This document shows, one piece after another, positions 9,781-21,131 of a stretch of DNA of 64,000 nt. Positions within the stretch are counted from its first letter, which is position 1. Every line of letters begins with the position of its first letter. A model generated the notes under the pieces. It saw nothing but the letters and a program-made list of their open reading frames with translations. It was not told the DNA's origin and ran no database searches. Position numbers and translations under genes: made by a program. Source of the DNA: Polyangiaceae bacterium (GTDB taxonomy: Bacteria; Myxococcota_A; Polyangia; Polyangiales; Polyangiaceae). The stretch spans positions 10,784-74,783 of the forward strand of contig JBGANF010000027.1 in NCBI GenBank assembly GCA_044222475.1. The letters run 5' to 3'.

Positions 9781-12588
9781 TCAGAGGCGAAATGTCAGCG
9801 CCACCGACGAGCCGCCGCGGTCCACGACGATCGGTACTGCCTTCGTGCCCGCGCTCGCCAGGAGCAGCGCGAGGTAGCTCCTCACGATGCCGTTGCCCAC
9901 CTCGGTCACGCTCTTGTCGCCGACCGTCATGAACACGTCGCCGGGTTTGACGCCGACGCGCTCGGCAGGGCCGCGCGGTTCGACGGCGACGACCCGTCGC
10001 GAGAACGGGTGATCGTCCGCGAGCGTGAGCCCCAACGTCCCGGTGTCGAGCGAGGGCTTCCCACGCAGATCGAGCCCCCACACCGTGACCGGCGTCTCGT
10101 CGTCCGGCGGAAAGCGCGCGACTCCACCTCGGACCGCGCCGTCGCCCATGCACCACGTGTAGAGCGGCGAGCGCGGGACGTCGCTGAACGTGAAACTTCC
10201 GCTCGCGTCGGTGAAGACGAGGCCCGGCACGACGACCGGACTCCGCGTGTCGCCGAGGTCCGGCGCGAGCTGGCACCGCATGTCGGCGAGCGGTGCTGCG
10301 GTCACGAAGTCGAGCACGCGGCCGCGCAGCGTTCGCTTCTCGGAGGCGACGAGCTCGATCTCGAGCGTCCCGTCGCCCGCGACGTCGACGGTCGTCTGCG
10401 CGGCCGCGTCGGGCGTGCTCGCCGCGACGTGATAGCGACCCCGCGACAGGCCATCGATGCGGAACCGCGCGCCATCCATCGTCGCCGGGTGGAAGTCCCA
10501 CTCGTAGCCAGCGATGCTCCACGCCATGATCGACGGCGTCCTCGTGAAGCCCTTCAACGTGCCGGCGATCGCTCCCACCGGAGGGAGGACCAGCCGCAGC
10601 GGCGCGCTCGGGAGGCTCACGGGCTTCAGCTCGATCTCGCTTCCGCTCGCATCGATCGCCTTGACCGCGAACGGTCCGACGCCGAGCCCGCGGAGCGCGA
10701 ACGTGCCGTCGCTCCCGGTGTACGTCGTCGCGATCGTCGGTGAGTGGCGCTCTGGGCGCGTCACGATCACGCGCGCGTCGCGAACCGCGCCGCCAGCGGC
10801 GTCGACGACCGCCCCGCCGAGCTCTTGCCTCCGACCTTTCACGACGAGGACGAGGTTGCCCGGCGTCACCGGGCCGCTCGCCGGAACCGTCAGCTCGGGA
10901 GCATTCACGGTGTCGAGCTCCGCCCCCGATTGGGTGACCTTCGCGCGGTAGGTCGCCGGGCCTCGCAGCGGACCTCCGCGAAACGTCCCATCGGCACCGG
11001 TGGTCGCCGACGCGCCGCCGTCCTCGGTCGAGGACGCGAGGGTGAACGAGACGCGCGCGCCATCTACGGGGTCTCCGTGATCGTCGACGACGCGGCCCAG
11101 CACTTGGCGCGCGGCCGCGAGGTCGAGGACGAGCGGCAACGCCTTCCCGTTAGGTGCAACCTGCACGTGTTCTTGAACCACGAAGTGGTCCTCGTGCTCG
11201 GCGTGGACGCGGTAGTCGCCGCCCTCGAGGCCGCGGAACTTGGCGACGCCGAGCGCGCTCGTCGTCCGCGTGTCGGACGATGCCGCGCCGCGGAGGTACA
11301 CCGTCGCGTCGCGCACCGGGACGCCGTCGCTGCGCACCGTGACCTCGATCTCGGCTTTCGCGATCACGCGCACGACGAGATCGCGCAGCCCGTCGTCACC
11401 GACGCGAACGGTGCGCGGTGACTCGACCTCGTACGGGTCCACCTTGACGAAGAGGTTGCCGACCGGCGCGTCGTCGAGGACGAACTCGCCGGCGTCGTTC
11501 GTTCGCACCGCCGTCGCCCACTCGAACGTCGCCGAGAAACCGACGTTGATCGACGTGCGCGTGACCGGGCCGCTCGCGGAGACGACCTTCCCCGCGACCC
11601 GGACGCGGGCATCGAGCGGGACGGTGACGGTGGCGCGCGCGGAGGCGAACACGCCGACGTCGACCGGATGGTGCGACTTCGCGCCCGGAGCTCGGGCTTC
11701 GACCGTGTAGCTCCCCGGTGCGATGCGCGCGACGGTGAACGCGCCGTGCTCGTCGGCTTGGAGCTCGCGGACGAGCTCGCCGCTCGTTCGCACGGTGACG
11801 AGCGCCCACGGAATGGGAGCTCCGGCTCCCGCAGCGACCGTCGTCCCCACGATCGACGCCTCGGGCATGAGGACGACGTCCTGCCGCTGCGCGCCGCGCG
11901 GGGTCACGCTCTTGGTCCAGGGTCCGTAGCCATCGGCATCGACGCGAACCCGCACCGTCCGCGGCGGAACGCACAGCTCGAACCGCCCGTGGTCGTTCGC
12001 GACCGCGGCGTGGCTCGGAGCGTCCTCCAACGAGACCCGCGCGCCAGGCACCTCGCCGCCAGACGCGTCGCGGACGTCTCCATATATTTGCAGTTTACAT
12101 GTTTCTAGGCGCAGCTCGACATCGTCCTTCGACGCGTCGCCGGGTACCACCGCCCACGCGGGAGCGAGCCCCTCGCCGGTCGCCGACACGCGATACCAGC
12201 CTCGAATGCGCGGCGCGTGCGCGACGAACGCGCCGCGCGCGTCGCTCGTGATCTCGAGCGGCGGCATCGCCCCCTCCGTCGTCAGCACGTCGCGGAGGAC
12301 CACCGCGGTGTTCGGTGCCGGTTTGCCGTCGAGGTACACGCGACCGGAGAGATCGACGAACGCTCCGGGCTCGACGTACCAGTGCTCGGCGCCCGACGAC
12401 CTTTCGCCGCTGGCGTTCGGCTCGACGACGCCTTCGTTGACGCCGGTCGCCACCGGACGCGCCGGAGAGCCGACCTCGGCGAACGACACGTCACCGATCC
12501 GTCCGCGATCGCGCGTGAGCCAGAGCGCGACGATCGCAGCGCACGCGACGACGAGGCCCGGCAAGCGAAGCGAAGCGAAGCGTTTCAC
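9781..12588 (-). CDS. Carboxypeptidase-regulatory-like repeat protein with C-terminal PDZ domain
   Basis: N-terminal TM; repeated G.V.D..G.PV.GA.V...TD..G.F modules; C-terminal VEPRGPAERVGVKPGDVFMTVG (PDZ). GTG start at 12588 inferred. Confidence 0.82.
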   Translation of the reverse strand: MKRFASLRLPGLVVACAAIVALWLTRDRGRIGDVSFAEVGSPARPVATGVNEGVVEPNASGERSSGAEHWYVEPGAFVDLSGRVYLDGKPAPNTAVVLRDVLTTEGAMPPLEITSDARGAFVAHAPRIRGWYRVSATGEGLAPAWAVVPGDASKDDVELRLETCKLQIYGDVRDASGGEVPGARVSLEDAPSHAAVANDHGRFELCVPPRTVRVRVDADGYGPWTKSVTPRGAQRQDVVLMPEASIVGTTVAAGAGAPIPWALVTVRTSGELVRELQADEHGAFTVARIAPGSYTVEARAPGAKSHHPVDVGVFASARATVTVPLDARVRVAGKVVSASGPVTRTSINVGFSATFEWATAVRTNDAGEFVLDDAPVGNLFVKVDPYEVESPRTVRVGDDGLRDLVVRVIAKAEIEVTVRSDGVPVRDATVYLRGAASSDTRTTSALGVAKFRGLEGGDYRVHAEHEDHFVVQEHVQVAPNGKALPLVLDLAAARQVLGRVVDDHGDPVDGARVSFTLASSTEDGGASATTGADGTFRGGPLRGPATYRAKVTQSGAELDTVNAPELTVPASGPVTPGNLVLVVKGRRQELGGAVVDAAGGAVRDARVIVTRPERHSPTIATTYTGSDGTFALRGLGVGPFAVKAIDASGSEIELKPVSLPSAPLRLVLPPVGAIAGTLKGFTRTPSIMAWSIAGYEWDFHPATMDGARFRIDGLSRGRYHVAASTPDAAAQTTVDVAGDGTLEIELVASEKRTLRGRVLDFVTAAPLADMRCQLAPDLGDTRSPVVVPGLVFTDASGSFTFSDVPRSPLYTWCMGDGAVRGGVARFPPDDETPVTVWGLDLRGKPSLDTGTLGLTLADDHPFSRRVVAVEPRGPAERVGVKPGDVFMTVGDKSVTEVGNGIVRSYLALLLASAGTKAVPIVVDRGGSSVALTFRL

Positions 12589-12664
12589 GAACGCGCCCAA
12601 AAGCGCTGGCGAAGGCGTTCGACGATCCACCGAGGTTGAGGGGCCACGAGGCGTCTCGATCGGC

Positions 12665-13831
12665 TCAGGGGAAGTCGTCGACTCCGAGGCGGCGCGCCAG
12701 CCAGCGACCCAACGCGACGACGAACGTTCGCTTGGGGAGCGCGATCCCGACGCGTAGGATCTCCACCAGCGTGGCCCGTTCGTCGAGGAATCGAAGCACA
12801 CGATCGATCGGGTTTCGTCGCAGGAGCGCGGAGAACACCGCGGGGATGGCATCCGGGGTCGCGCTCCACACCTCGAGGAGGATCGCATCGAGCACGCCGT
12901 AGAGCCACGACCTGCGCGGCGGAACGAGCGGGTGCTCGTCGCGCACGAGCGAGGCCACGATCGCGGTGCAGTCATCGACGATGCGCGTCAACGCATAGCC
13001 CGACGACGGTTTGAGCATCCCGGCGGCGATCCCGATCCGACGAACGCGCGCCCCGTCGTGCCACCGAAAGGGTTGCTCCGTCATCGGGCTGACGCCCGCT
13101 TCCTCGGCGACGAGCTCGGCGTCGTCGAGCCCGAACGCTCGGGACAGGTAGTCGCGCATCTGCGGCTCCGCCGCGACCGGCGCGAGGGTGACGAGCTCGA
13201 CCAGCGCCTCACGCGGCGAGATCGGCAACACGTAGAAGAAGCCGGTGCCGGGCGTCGTGTCGGCACGAAAATCGAGCCACGTCGCGACCGCCGGCTCGAA
13301 GACGTCGCGCGTGGAGCGGACGATCCAGCCGTGGAAGTGCTGCTTCATGGAGTGATGACGGCGGAGGTCCACCTCGAGGTCACGGCGACGGAACCGCGAG
13401 TCGAACACCCACCGCGCGCGGAGCGTCTCGCCGGCGACGACGAGCGTCGCGCCTTCGCCGTCTTGCTGGATCGTCTCGAGTCGACCATCGATGACGCGAT
13501 TGCGACGTGAAGCCCCGAGGCGCTTCTTCGTCTCTCGTTGGAGGTCGGCGAAGTAGAGCGTCTGGTAGGTGTGCTCGCCGAGCGGCAGATCGCAAGCTTC
13601 CGTGCCGTCATGAAAGCGCAGCGTGCGCCACCGGTGCGCGACGATGGGGTCGAGCGCGGTCGGCTCGGTGGTCCAGAACGAGAGCGTCCGCAGCTCGTCG
13701 TCGTCGCGTACGCCGTCGATCAGGAGGATGGAGCGATCGCGGAGGGGGCTCTCGGCGAGGAGCCAAGCGAGGGTGAGGCCCGATACTCCCGCGCCGACGA
13801 TCGCGTAGTCGTAGACCGTCCGCTCGGTCAT
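12665..13831 (-). CDS. Lycopene cyclase family flavoprotein
   Basis: YDYAIVGAGVSGL Rossmann motif, FDSR, QHFHGW, FFYVLP, EAGVSPM, IGIAAGMLKPSSGY, VLRFLDE. Confidence 0.85.
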   Translation of the reverse strand: MTERTVYDYAIVGAGVSGLTLAWLLAESPLRDRSILLIDGVRDDDELRTLSFWTTEPTALDPIVAHRWRTLRFHDGTEACDLPLGEHTYQTLYFADLQRETKKRLGASRRNRVIDGRLETIQQDGEGATLVVAGETLRARWVFDSRFRRRDLEVDLRRHHSMKQHFHGWIVRSTRDVFEPAVATWLDFRADTTPGTGFFYVLPISPREALVELVTLAPVAAEPQMRDYLSRAFGLDDAELVAEEAGVSPMTEQPFRWHDGARVRRIGIAAGMLKPSSGYALTRIVDDCTAIVASLVRDEHPLVPPRRSWLYGVLDAILLEVWSATPDAIPAVFSALLRRNPIDRVLRFLDERATLVEILRVGIALPKRTFVVALGRWLARRLGVDDFP

Positions 13832-14310
13832 CGGGGCTGCCCCAACACGCGCGCCTCTTCGGAGAAGAGCTCGTCGAGCAGCGACGCGATCCGAGCTTCG
13901 ACCGAAGCCTTCGCGAGCGGCACGTCGAGATCGACCGAGGCCTGAAGGACGCGCAGCGTCCCGCCGTCGACCGGCGAGAGCTCGTAGCTCCCACGACAGC
14001 GCACCCGCGACCGAAGGCGCGACGGAAGGTCGGGCACCACTTCGAACGTCCCACGATGGTACGACCGATCCCACGTCACGACCTCTCGCCACCCGACGGT
14101 CCCAAAGCGTCCGAGGAGCGGAATCGCGCCACGAACGATGAAGTGCGCCGTCCGCACGACGGCTCGCTCGCGTTCCTCTCGGTCGATCTCTTCGCCGCTG
14201 GCGAGCAGCTCGCTCTCCCGCGCGAGGCGCTCCACGAAATCGGGCGCCAGCAGGCTTCGCTCGACGTCGGCGAGCGGACGCGCGATCCGGTGCTCGAAAC
14301 GAAGGTCCAC
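13828..14310 (-). CDS. DUF2505/SRPBCC-like protein
   Basis: 160 aa; WREVVTWD..RCRGSYEL..RVLQASVDLDVPL..VEARI pattern. Stop overlaps the cyclase start (ATGA). Confidence 0.7.
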   Translation of the reverse strand: MDLRFEHRIARPLADVERSLLAPDFVERLARESELLASGEEIDREERERAVVRTAHFIVRGAIPLLGRFGTVGWREVVTWDRSYHRGTFEVVPDLPSRLRSRVRCRGSYELSPVDGGTLRVLQASVDLDVPLAKASVEARIASLLDELFSEEARVLGQPR

Positions 14311-14382
14311 CGCTCGCGGTTGTCGCCCAATCGGCTCGTGCTGTCGACCATCACGAGCGAGGCGCAGTAGGATGGTCGCCGG

Positions 14383-14682
14383 ATGCCGAAGCCGCCCCGC
14401 GTACCCGACAAGCCGCCGCCCGATCTCGAGGCCGTCGTCCTCGAAGACGGATCGATGCTCGTGTCGTACTCGGCTCAAGCAGTTTCGCTTCCGAAGACGC
14501 TCACGACTGCAGAGCGCGCGGTCGCGAGCCTCGCCCTCGCCGGCCACGACAACGCGGCGATCGCGCGGCTCCGCGGGACGTCGGTGCGCACGGTCGCGAA
14601 CCTCCTCGCGCGCTGCTTTCGCAAGCTCGGCGTGAGCTCTCGCGCGGAGCTCGCAGCGCTCGTCCACGGAACGAAGGCCTGA
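14383..14682 (+). CDS. Stand-alone LuxR-type HTH regulator
   Basis: LTTAERAVASLALAGHDNAAIARLRGTSVRTVANLLARCFRKLGVSSRAEL. Confidence 0.88.
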   Translation: MPKPPRVPDKPPPDLEAVVLEDGSMLVSYSAQAVSLPKTLTTAERAVASLALAGHDNAAIARLRGTSVRTVANLLARCFRKLGVSSRAELAALVHGTKA

Positions 14683-16073
14683 TGGCGGACACGACGGAAG
14701 AGGTGCGAAAGGAGCGCGCGCCGGAGGAAGCCGAGCGCGCCCTCGCGCTGGTGATCCTGTGGGCGCGCGAGCCGGGCCGGCTCGGCGAGACGATGTTCGT
14801 CGATCGCCCGGCGTCGCTCGGACGAGGCCCCGCTGCGGAGGACGACGTGAAGCGCCTCGTTCCGGTGCGTCAGCGTCCCGGTTCGAACGAGCCGCGCGCG
14901 CCCTTCGCGAGCACGACGATGTCGCGCGAGCAGCTCGTCGTCGAGCCCGACGGCAATCGCATCCGAATGACCAACCGTGGTCGCCGTCAGCTGTTCGACG
15001 CCCGCGGCACGGCGTCGACGTCGCTCGTGGTCACGCCGGGTGACGTCGTCGAAGTCGAAGACGAAGTCGTCTTGATGGCCGTCGAGCGTCCCCGACTCTG
15101 GCCGAAGGCCACCCCAGGCGCGGACTACCCGTCACCGGAGTTCGCCGAGCCCGACGTGCTGGGCATCGTCGGCGAGTCCGAGTCCGCCTGGGCGCTCCGC
15201 GGAGCGGTCGCGTTCCTCGCCGCGCGCGCCGCGCACGTGCTCTTGCTCGGGCCGAGCGGCTCGGGGAAGGAGCTCGTCGCGCAGGGCATCCACGCGCTCT
15301 CGAGCCGAGGAAAGAAGAAGCTCGTCTCGCGCAACGCGGCGACCTTCGTCGACACCCTGGTCGACGCCGAGCTCTTCGGGACGGCGGCGAACTTTCCCAA
15401 CCAAGGCATGCCCGAGCGCATCGGGCTCGTGGGCGAGGCGGAGGGCTCGACGCTGTTCTTCGACGAGATCGGCGACCTTCCCGAGGCGCTCCAGACGCGC
15501 CTCCTTCGTCTCCTCGATCCCGGCGCGGACTACCAGCGGCTCGGCGATCCGCGGAAACGAACGGCGCAGTTTCGGTTCATCGGAGCGACTCATCGACCGC
15601 TGGCGAGCTTGCGACCCGACGTGGCGGCGCGTCTCAAGCTCCAGCTCACCGTCCCCGGTCTCGACGAGCGACGAGAGGACGTTCCGCTGATCGCGCGCGC
15701 GGTGATGAAGCGGATCGCGCGCGAGGACCCCGCCATCGGTGCGCGCTTCTGCGAGCCCGAACCGCGCCTGTCGCCTGCGCTGGTTCGCGCGCTCTCGTCC
15801 CGCACGTACACCACCCACGTGCGCGAGCTCGAGGCGCTGCTCTGGCGCGCGATCACGTCCGCGAAAGGCGACACCCTCGACGTGACGCCGGAGCTCGCGT
15901 CCGCGCTCGCCGTCGCCCGACCGCGCGCGGAGGAGATCTCTCGCGAGGACGTGGTCGCCGCGCTCGAGCGGGCCGGAGGCGTGCGTGAGCGAGCGTGGCG
16001 GGAGCTGGGTCTCGCGAACCGCCACGTCCTGAAGCGCCTCCTCAAGAAGCACGGTATCGACGACACCGACTGA
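14682..16073 (+). CDS. FHA-like + AAA+ enhancer-binding-protein-like regulator with Fis-type HTH
   Basis: Walker A GPSGSGKE, ELFG, Walker B LFFDEIG, VRELE, C-terminal HTH. The GAFTGA loop is not conserved. Confidence 0.87.
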   Translation: MADTTEEVRKERAPEEAERALALVILWAREPGRLGETMFVDRPASLGRGPAAEDDVKRLVPVRQRPGSNEPRAPFASTTMSREQLVVEPDGNRIRMTNRGRRQLFDARGTASTSLVVTPGDVVEVEDEVVLMAVERPRLWPKATPGADYPSPEFAEPDVLGIVGESESAWALRGAVAFLAARAAHVLLLGPSGSGKELVAQGIHALSSRGKKKLVSRNAATFVDTLVDAELFGTAANFPNQGMPERIGLVGEAEGSTLFFDEIGDLPEALQTRLLRLLDPGADYQRLGDPRKRTAQFRFIGATHRPLASLRPDVAARLKLQLTVPGLDERREDVPLIARAVMKRIAREDPAIGARFCEPEPRLSPALVRALSSRTYTTHVRELEALLWRAITSAKGDTLDVTPELASALAVARPRAEEISREDVVAALERAGGVRERAWRELGLANRHVLKRLLKKHGIDDTD

Positions 16074-16105
16074 TCTCTCTGGTCACCGGGCCCTGACGTT
16101 GGGAC

Positions 16106-17042
16106 TCAGAAGCGGACGACCAGCGGCGCGAATGCGGCGGACTTCGCTGGCTTCGACGTGAGAAACAGGAACGTCGAGACCCCCAGCGCTACGACGGTCG
16201 TGATGACGAGGACGTCGGTGGTGATCGCGAGCGACTGAGCGGTCGCGTGCGCGTCGACCCCGGCCACGCTGCAGCGCCCGTTCGGGCACTCCGCGTCGCT
16301 CGCCGCTTCGCGGTTCAGCGCGAGAGCGCCGGTGACGATGGCACCGGTCAGCAGCGCGAGCCCGACGCCACCGACGACCCAAGCCGCGGTGCGTCTTCCC
16401 GCGCCCAGCGTCACCGGGGTCTCCACGTGTGGAGGTGGAGGCGGTGGCATCGGTCCGAGCACGATCGGACCCGGGGGCGGCGGCTGCGCAACGACCTCGG
16501 GCACGACGAGCGACACGTCGGTACCGCTCGCGACGAACGGGATCGTCCGCGCAACGCCGCCGGCGCTGAACCCGATCGTGTGGTCTCCGCGGTCGACGGT
16601 GACGACCCCATCGCGAAAGGCGCGAGGCTCGCCGTCGATCGTGACGTCGCGCACGTCCTCGGGTCGCGTCCCGGCGAGGCGAACCAACGTGACGCGATCA
16701 CGAATCGCGTCGGCGTGATCGAGCGCGACCTTGCGGCGGTCGGGCTTCCCCGAGGCCTCGTAGTGGGCCACCGCGAGGAGGTAGGCATCGTAGGCCCGAG
16801 CCCACTTCCCGAGGTGCTCGTAGCAGTATCCGAGGTTCAGCGCCGTGCCGCCCGACGCCTCGAGGTGATCACTCGCTTCGAGCTTCGGGCACGCCTCTTC
16901 GTAGCGACCGCCCTCCATGGATCGGACGGCTGCATCGAACAGAGACTGCGCGGTGGGCGCCGGCTCGTCGGCCCAACTTGGTACGACCGACGCGCCGAGC
17001 GCGAACGCGCCGGCGAGGACCGCGACGGCAAACCGGGTGCGC

Positions 17043-17056
<14 letters not shown>
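16106..17056 (-). CDS. Secreted TPR + PEGA-like protein with C-terminal TM segments
   Basis: Signal peptide; AQSLFD..GRYEEACPKLEAS..GTALNLGYCYEHLG; beta-rich middle; hydrophobic C-terminus. Typical partner of myxobacterial kinases. Confidence 0.8.
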
Positions 17057-18275
<1,219 letters not shown>

Positions 18276-18426
18276 GTCCCAGCGGTAGGGTAGTCGAGGC
18301 ACCGGAGGGGCGCCATCGCGACGGGCGCGCGCGGGCGGTGCGCGGGCGCGCCCGCTCCGGGCTCGGCAGAAACGCGCACTTTCCGGGCTGGAGCGCGGTG
18401 CACGATCCTTGCTCTTCCCAACGACC

Positions 18427-18777
18427 ATGACCCACCTCGTAGGGGACGACGTGTGGAGCTCGATCCTCAGCGGCGACCGCGCGATCGTCGATTCCTTCGA
18501 GCTCGATGGCCGCGTGTACCTGCGCGTGCGACCGCGGTCCGAGGCGGCGCCGCCGGCGCGAAGGCTCTCGGGTCGCGAAGCGCAGGTGCTCGCCGGGGTG
18601 GCGATGGGGCGGGCGAACAAAGTGATCGCCTACGAGCTCGGCCTGTCGGAGTCGACGGTCTCGGCGTACGTGAGGCGCGCGTCCGCGAAGATGGGCGCGA
18701 CCTCGCGGGTCGGGCTCGTGCGGGCGTGGCGTGAGCTCGCCGATGCGCAGGCACTCGCGGCGCCGCGCGCCGCGTGA
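18427..18777 (+). CDS. LuxR-type HTH regulator
   Basis: LSGREAQVLAGVAMGRANKVIAYELGLSESTVSAYVRRASAKMG. Confidence 0.87.
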   Translation: MTHLVGDDVWSSILSGDRAIVDSFELDGRVYLRVRPRSEAAPPARRLSGREAQVLAGVAMGRANKVIAYELGLSESTVSAYVRRASAKMGATSRVGLVRAWRELADAQALAAPRAA

Positions 18778-18823
18778 GCGTGGCGGGCTTTCGTTCGGTC
18801 GACTACGCTTCTCTCGCTGCTCG

Positions 18824-19798
18824 ATGGTGATCGACCGCCGCTCGCTGCTCGTCTTCGCATCGCTGACCGCCTCGTTCGGCGCTGGCTGCATCCTCATCGT
18901 CGGCACCGACGACCGGAGCGTGGCGGATGCGGGCAAAAGCGACGGCGGCGTGGACCTCGGCGACGCGGCGTGCCGCCTCGGCGAGCCCTTCTCCGCGCTG
19001 AAGCCCGAGAAAGAGCTGAGCCGCTCGACCTCGGACGAGTCGGTCCGACTCACGCCGAACGGTCTCGAGGCGTACGTCGGCCGGCGCAGCGTCGACATCA
19101 ACCACATCGACCTCTTTCGCTACGAACGAGCGACGCGTGATGCCCCGTGGGTCCTCATCGGCGAGGTCCCGCTCCTCGACAAATTTCCCGACGGCGGCCG
19201 CACGTCGGCGGCGAACATGACGTTCACCGCGAACGGACTGGAGGCGATCTTCCAGTACTACGAGGACGACACCGGCCACGGGAGCCTCTTCGGCACGAAG
19301 AGGAGCTCTCCGTCGGAGCCGTGGTCCGCGCCGGCGCCGGTCATCGGGCTCGACTCGCCCGCGAGCGACGAGGGCCCGGTGCTCTCGGCGGACGGGCAGA
19401 CGATCTACTTCTTCAGCGACCGCGAGACGCGGAACCCCCGGCTCTACACGGCGAGCGCCAACGGCATCGGGTTCACGAAGCCGGTGCGGATGCCGAACAT
19501 CAACCCGGACAACGACTCGTACCCGGTCGTCACCGGCGACGAGCTCACGCTCTATTTCTCGAGCTCCAAATCCAAGGACAACGTCCTCGAGCGCAAGCTC
19601 TACAAGACGACGCGCGCGCGCCGCGATCTCCCGTTCGCGAGCCCTGGCGTCGAGGTCACCGAGCTCAACGCCGATGGCTGGCTGACGGTCCCCTCGTGGG
19701 TGTCGCCCGATGGCTGCGAGATCTACGTCTTGGCGTCGCGCCCCGACAGCAACCAGACCGGGCTGGACGTGTACTCGGCGCGCAAGCCACCTCGCTGA
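18824..19798 (+). CDS. PD40/TolB-like beta-propeller lipoprotein
   Basis: Lipobox GAGC; repeats such as DEGPVLSADGQTIYFFSDR, DSYPVVTGDELTLYFSS, PSWVSPDGCEIY. Confidence 0.82.
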   Translation: MVIDRRSLLVFASLTASFGAGCILIVGTDDRSVADAGKSDGGVDLGDAACRLGEPFSALKPEKELSRSTSDESVRLTPNGLEAYVGRRSVDINHIDLFRYERATRDAPWVLIGEVPLLDKFPDGGRTSAANMTFTANGLEAIFQYYEDDTGHGSLFGTKRSSPSEPWSAPAPVIGLDSPASDEGPVLSADGQTIYFFSDRETRNPRLYTASANGIGFTKPVRMPNINPDNDSYPVVTGDELTLYFSSSKSKDNVLERKLYKTTRARRDLPFASPGVEVTELNADGWLTVPSWVSPDGCEIYVLASRPDSNQTGLDVYSARKPPR

Positions 19799-19850
19799 CG
19801 CCGACGCAGCCCTTGCGCGAAGGCCGTGGGATGGTGTCCGCTTTCGCCCG

Positions 19851-21086
19851 ATGGCGATCGACCCCTCCCTTCCCTACCCGGAGCACTTGCGTGCCCGCGC
19901 AGAGACCATCGCGTCGCTCTGCGTCCACGCCGGCGACGCTCGCGACGAGGCAACCCGCGCGCTCGAAGGACCGCTCGTGCTGTCCAGCGCGTATGCGTTC
20001 GACGATGCCGAGCACGCAGCCGGCGCGTTCCGCGGCGACAACGACGCGTACATCTACGGTCGCTGGAAGAACCCGACCGTCGAACGGCTCGAGGCCAAGC
20101 TCGCCGCGCTCGAGGGCACCGAAGCCGCGTGCGCGACCGCGAGCGGGATGGCCGCGATCAGCGGTGCGGTCCTCGCGCTGTGCGGACACGGCGACCACGT
20201 CGTCGCACCGCGCGCGATGTACGCCGAGAGCGCGCGCCTGCTCCGCGAGCGCCTCCCGCGCTTCGGCATCACGACGACGTTCGTCGACGGCGAAGATCCT
20301 GCGGCCTACGCGGCGGCAGTCACCGAACGAACGCGTGTACTCTACATAGAAACTCCGTCCAACCCGAACCTGCGCGTGACCGACGTGGCCGCGGTCGCGC
20401 TCATGGCGAAGAAGGCCGGGATCGTCAGCCTCGCGGACAACACCTTCGCGACGCCCTTCGCTCAGAACCCGTGCGCGCTCGGCGTGGACCTCGTCGTCCA
20501 CTCGCTCACGAAGGGCCTCGGCGGGCACGGCGACGCGATCGGCGGCGCGGTCTGCGGATCGAAGGCGCTCGTGGAGAAAGTGCGCGACCTCAGCGTGAAG
20601 GGGCTCGGGGGCGTCCTCGCCCCGTTCAACGCCCTCTTGGTGTCGCGCGGGCTTCGCACGTTCGCCCTCCGCATGGAGCAAGCGAACCGCAGCGCCGCGG
20701 CGATCGCTCGGACCCTGGCAGAGACCCCTGGAGTCGCTCGCGTGCACCACCCGTCGCTGCCGGGTCACCCCGGGCACGCCCTCGCCCTATCGCAGATGCA
20801 CGCGTTCGGCGCGCTCGTCTCGTTCGAGCTCGAGGCCGCGCAGGGTCGAAGCGCGCTCGACCGCGGCCGGCGCGTTCTCGAAGGCGTTCGCCTGGTCACG
20901 CACGCCGTGAGCCTCGGCGATGCTCGGTCTCTACTGACGCATCCTGCCTCGACGACGCACTCGACGATGCCAGCGGCGGATCGAGAGCGGGCCGGAATCG
21001 GTGACGGATTGCTACGGCTGAGCGTCGGGCTCGAGTCCGAAGCCGACCTTTCGGCCGATCTTCGCGCGGCGATCTCTGCCGCGTGA
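19851..21086 (+). CDS. PLP-dependent trans-sulfuration enzyme (methionine gamma-lyase/cystathionine gamma-synthase family)
   Basis: YGRWKNPT, SGMAAI, ETPSNP, DNTFATP, HSLTKGLGGHGD (PLP Lys), VSLG, HPASTTH, LRLSVGLE. Confidence 0.93.
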   Translation: MAIDPSLPYPEHLRARAETIASLCVHAGDARDEATRALEGPLVLSSAYAFDDAEHAAGAFRGDNDAYIYGRWKNPTVERLEAKLAALEGTEAACATASGMAAISGAVLALCGHGDHVVAPRAMYAESARLLRERLPRFGITTTFVDGEDPAAYAAAVTERTRVLYIETPSNPNLRVTDVAAVALMAKKAGIVSLADNTFATPFAQNPCALGVDLVVHSLTKGLGGHGDAIGGAVCGSKALVEKVRDLSVKGLGGVLAPFNALLVSRGLRTFALRMEQANRSAAAIARTLAETPGVARVHHPSLPGHPGHALALSQMHAFGALVSFELEAAQGRSALDRGRRVLEGVRLVTHAVSLGDARSLLTHPASTTHSTMPAADRERAGIGDGLLRLSVGLESEADLSADLRAAISAA

Positions 21087-21131
21087 CGGCCTTGCGGGCC
21101 TGGAGTGCGAACCTTACGATGCTCCTCCTCC

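Noticed and set aside
12080..12110. AT-rich patch CATATATTTGCAGTTTACATGTTTCTAG inside a GC-rich gene
   Set aside because: Stays in frame (RLETCKLQIYG); no repeat or boundary evidence for an insertion or regulatory site.
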